Source: Antedon mediterranea
Lineage: Eukaryota; Animalia; Echinodermata
DNA length: 64,000 nucleotides
NCBI RefSeq assembly: GCF_964355755.1
Contig: NC_092680.1
Location: 16,935,045 to 16,999,044 of the forward strand
Direction: 5' to 3'
In this document: piece after piece, positions 60,501-64,000 of the stretch
How positions within the stretch are numbered: the stretch's first letter is position 1
Layout: every line of letters begins with the position of its first letter
The notes under the pieces: model-generated
The model's database searches: none
The model's input: only the letters and a program-made list of their open reading frames with translations
Told to the model about the DNA's origin: nothing
Translations under genes and position numbers: made by a program

Positions 60501-61032
60501 AATACATTTTCCGCCACAATTCACACCTTTACCACACTTAGAAACTACCTGGCATACCCATTTATTTTTATATCGCCCTCTCTTAAAAATGCTTAGTAAG
60601 TAAAATGACCTAGCATATCTTCATCCCAGTTTAAATTTTAACTAATTTGTAAACTACATATTCATTAAATATGCATGAATAGTAATTCATATATATTCAT
60701 TTATGAAGAATAATAAATTATTCTTAAACATTTTTTTTTTTAATATACTGTAGTTTTACATTTATGGTAATGTATCAATTGTAAAATAATTGTTTTATAA
60801 AATATATTTTTTTTAAATTAAACTATCCTGATCTTATTTTCAGGTTTATGACGTGGGAAGATTTTGAGGATCAACACCAATGTGCTGACAAGAATGGCTA
60901 TGCCAGTTTGCACCAAGAGCTGGAGCCATTCCTGTTAAGGAGAATTAAGAAAGACGTGGAGAAGTCATTACCAGCCAAAGTTGAAAGAATCCTCCGAGTG
61001 GAGATGAGTGCCACTCAGAAGCAGTATTATAA
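45516..61032 (+). CDS. CHD1: Chromodomain-helicase-DNA-binding protein, CHD1/CHD2 family (5' part; continues beyond window)
   Basis: Exons 45516-45586, 52023-52416, 52837-52920, 53312-53382, 53884-54005, 54813-54939, 55123-55250, 55922-56147, 57201-57301, 57971-58143, 58357-58481, 59115-59331, 59818-59904, 60158-60347, 60844-61032. [70 protein letters not shown]. Confidence 0.95.
46612..47180. repeat. 85-89 bp tandem repeat, about 6.5 copies
   Basis: CCCAACCGCTTTTTTAAATACCGGCGCTGGGG...CTGATGTTTGTG recurs. Confidence 0.9.
47338..47453. repeat. 23-bp minisatellite x5
   Basis: GAATGGCGAGGGGTCATGTAGTC, perfect copies. Confidence 0.95.
47941..48220. repeat. 57-bp minisatellite x5
   Basis: AAATTTCAACTAGGAACTGCACTGCTGGTTGCTGTGGGTTCATAGAGGACCTACTAC. 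Confidence 0.95.
49340..49865. mobile_element. PIF/Harbinger-like MITE, copy 2
   Basis: GGCGGATTGCTATAA...TTATAGCAATCCGCC; both arms match 40527-41139. Confidence 0.8.
50625..51180. repeat. About 105-bp tandem repeat x5
   Basis: TGTCCTCTTGTACTGTAAGTCCAACATGTCCGG...GTATTGATTGGCCTAC recurs. Confidence 0.9.
54089..54500 (+). repeat. G-rich ~20-bp minisatellite
   Basis: GGGAGTGGTCAGGTCGGGGTA-like units, about 20 copies. Confidence 0.85.
55432..55507 (-). pseudogene. tRNA-like sequence (tRNA pseudogene or SINE head)
   Basis: Minus strand reads TCCCCAGTGGTCTAATGGTTAGGACATC...GTTCGAATC with A/B boxes but disrupted stems. Confidence 0.5.
56574..57098. mobile_element. Small Tourist-like MITE split by a nested MITE (56664-57047)
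   Basis: Outer ends AGCTCTGTGTACACTAT / ATAGTGTAGAGAGAGCT; inner ends TATAGAGTATCACGGTG / CACCGTGATACTCTATA with extended inverted similarity. Confidence 0.8.
59744..59771. mobile_element. 28-bp CATAG...CTATG hairpin with 7-bp TSD (P-superfamily remnant)
   Basis: TCTCCAC | CATAGAGATA...TATCTCTATG | TCTCCAC. Confidence 0.7.
59956..60091. mobile_element. Complete ~136-bp Tourist/PIF-like MITE
   Basis: TAA|AGCTCTGTCTACACTAT...ATAGTGTAGACAGAGCT|TTA; other copies near 24350-24442, 25360-25460, 35856, 56574, 61038, 61337. Confidence 0.85.
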
Positions 61033-61358
61033 GTAAAGATCTATCTACACTATGAAACTAGTTTGACTAAAAAAGTGTGATGAGTCCAAATATAGTAGTG
61101 ATATACCCAAATATGGTAGTGATGTGACATCATCATTTCCATATATGGCCACATCACATTTTAGACAGAGCTTAAGAATTGTATTGTGGTTAAATATGTT
61201 AGTCTTTAAACTCTGCTAAGCACTGCCAATAGTGAAAAGTCACTGTCGTCAGATAATATACACTACATAAACAAAGTCTTTGAAAACAAGTGGATAATCT
61301 GTTGACTTTCCTGAACAAACTGATGTAGAGGTTTTAGCTCTGTCTACACTATCAAAGT

Positions 61359-61550
61359 GTGATGTGCCCTAGTATGGTAGTGATGTGCCCAAATATGGTA
61401 GTGATGTGCCCAAATTTGGTAGTGATGTGCCCAAATATGGTAGTGATGTGCCCAAATATGGTAGTGATGTGCCCAAATATAGTAGTGATGTGCCCAAATA
61501 TGGTAGTGATGTGCCCAAATATGGTAGTGATATACCCAAATATGGTAGTG
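61359..61550. repeat. 21-bp minisatellite (about 9 copies) inside a MITE copy
   Basis: GTGATGTGCCCAAATATGGTA repeats following the MITE left end at 61337. Confidence 0.9.
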
Positions 61551-61657
61551 TATAGGGATAATGCTTTATGGTTTGTAAAGCTCAAAATGTAAAAGTATGG
61601 AAGCATTGTGAAAACAAGATTAAGAGAAAAAGTGAATGTTTATTCCAGTACCCAAAC

Positions 61658-64000
61658 CGAAGTATAGAGATACACGCTTGTCACTGAAGCTGGGTTCGCA
61701 CTAGGACAAAGTACGAAGTATAGAGATACACGCTTGTCACTGAAGCTTGGTTCGCACTAGAACAAAGTACGAAGTATAGAGATACACGCTTGTCACTAAA
61801 GCTTGGTTCGCACTAGGACAAAGTACGAAGTATAGAGATACACGCTTGTCACTGAAGCTTGGTTCACACTAGGACAAAGTACGAAGTATAGAGATACACG
61901 CTTGTCACTAAAGCTTGGTTCCTACTAGGACAAAGTACGAAGTATAGAGATAAACGCTTGTCACTAAAGCTTGGTTCCTACTAGGACAAAGTACGAAGTA
62001 TAGAGATACACGCTTGTCACTAAAGCTTGGTTCGCACTAGGACAAAGTACGAAGTATAGAGATACACGCTTGTCACTGAAGCTTGGTTCGCACTAGGACA
62101 AAGTACGAAGTATAGAGATACACGCTTGTCACTAAAGCTTGGTTCCTACTAGGACAAAGTACGAAGTATAGAGATACACGCTTGTCACTAAAGCTTGGTT
62201 CCTACTAGGACAAAGTACGAAGTATAGAGATACACGCTTGTCACTAAAGCTTGGTTCGCACTAGGACAAAGTACGAAGTATAGAGATACACGCTTGTCAC
62301 TAAAGCTTGGTTCCTACTAGGACAAAGTACGAAGTATCGAGATACACGCTTGTCACTAAAGCTTGGTTCCTACTAGGACAAAGTACGAAGTATCGAGATA
62401 CACGCTTGTCACTAAAGCTTGGTTCCTACTAGGACAAAGTACGAAGTATAGAGATACACGCTTGTCACTGAAGCTTGGTTCCTACTAGGACAAAGTACGA
62501 AGTATCGAGATACACGCTTGTCACTAAAGCTTGGTTCCTACTAGGACAAAGTACGAAGTATAGAGATACACGCTTGTCACTAAAGCTTGGTTCCTACTAG
62601 GACAAAGTACGAAGTATAGAGATACACGCTTGTCACTAAAGCTTGGTTCCTACTAGGACAAAGTACGAAGTATAGAGATACACGCTTGTCACTAAAGCTT
62701 GGTTCCTACTAGGACAAAGTACGAAGTATAGAGATACACGCTTGTCACTAAAGCTTGGTTCCTACTAGGACAAAGTACGAAGTATCGAGATACACGCTTG
62801 TCACTAAAGCTTGGTTCCTACTAGGACAAAGTACGAAGTATAGAGATACACGCTTGTCACTGAAGCTTGGTTCCTACTAGGACAAAGTACGAAGTATAGA
62901 GATACACGCTTGTCACTAAAGCTTGGTTCCTACTAGGACAAAGTACGAAGTATCGAGATACACGCTTGTCACTAAAGCTTGGTTCCTACTAGGACAAAGT
63001 ACAAAGTATAGAGATACACGCTTGTCACTAAAGCTTGGTTCCTACTAGGACAAAGTACGAAGTATAGAGATACACGCTTGTCACTGAAGCTTGGTTCCTA
63101 CTAGGACAAAGTACGAAGTATAGAGATACACGCTTGTCACTAAAGCTTGGTTCCTACTAGGACAAAGTACGAAGTATCGAGATACACGCTTGTCACTAAA
63201 GCTTGGTTCCTACTAGGACAAAGTACGAAGTATAGAGATACACGCTTGTCACTAAAGCTTGGTTCCTAATAGGACAAAGTACGAAGTATAGAGATACACG
63301 CTTGTCACTAAAGCTTGGTTCCTACTAGGACAAAGTACGAAGTATCGAGATACACGCTTGTCACTAAAGCTTGGTTCCTACTAGGACAAAGTACGAAGTA
63401 TAGAGATACACGCTTGTCACTAAAGCTTGGTTCCTACTAGGACAAAGTACGAAGTATAGAGATACACGCTTGTCACTAAAGCTTGGTTCCTACTAGGACA
63501 AAGTACGAAGTATAGAGATACACGCTTGTCACTAAAGCTTGGTTCCTACTAGGACAAAGTACGAAGTATAGAGATACACGCTTGTCACTAAAGCTTGGTT
63601 CCTACTAGGACAAAGTACGAAGTATAGAGATACACGCTTGTCACTAAAGCTTGGTTCCTACTAGGACAAAGTACGAAGTATAGAGATACACGCTTGTCAC
63701 TAAAGCTTGGTTCCTACTAGGACAAAGTACGAAGTATAGAGATACACGCTTGTCACTAAAGCTTGGTTCCTACTAGGACAAAGTACAAAGTATAGAGATA
63801 CACGCTTGTCACTAAAGCTTGGTTCCTACTAGGACAAAGTACGAAGTATAGAGATACACGCTTGTCACTGAAGCTTGGTTCCTACTAGGACAAAGTACGA
63901 AGTATCGAGATACACGCTTGTCACTAAAGCTTGGTTCCTACTAGGACAAAGTACGAAGTATAGAGATACACGCTTGTCACTGAAGCTTGGTTCCTACTAG
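61658..64000. repeat. 56-bp tandem satellite (about 42 copies, runs off window) in a CHD intron
   Basis: CGAAGTATAGAGATACACGCTTGTCACTAAAGCTTGGTTCCTACTAGGACAAAGTA. Confidence 0.98.

Noticed and set aside
61658-64000. CRISPR-like or coding repeat
   Set aside because: Plain tandem satellite without spacers; 56 bp is not a multiple of 3 and no ORF is present.

Overview
AT-rich, intron-containing animal genomic DNA (gene content and repeats suggest a marine invertebrate such as an echinoderm; this is an inference). Genes in order: a multi-exon NLR immune receptor (acidic micro-exons, tandem DED, NACHT, 14 near-identical 180-bp LRR units), PDCD7 (+), DCAF12 (-), an 8-unit polyubiquitin (+), tRNA-Val(CAC) (-) and the 5' part of a CHD1/2 remodeler (+, runs off the window). 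Introns and intergenic DNA hold many satellites and non-autonomous DNA transposons. Most notable: (1) the LRR array is homogenised except for shuffled beta-strand cassettes; (2) a Helentron-type element in the last LRR unit carries its own GT...AG, so splicing would restore the frame (candidate introner); (3) four 27-38 bp CAT...ATG hairpins with 7-bp TSDs resemble P-superfamily excision footprints; (4) a minisatellite is built from the PDCD7 terminal codons and stop; (5) polyubiquitin alternates canonical and P19S/S57A units. Exon models were read by eye and are unverified.
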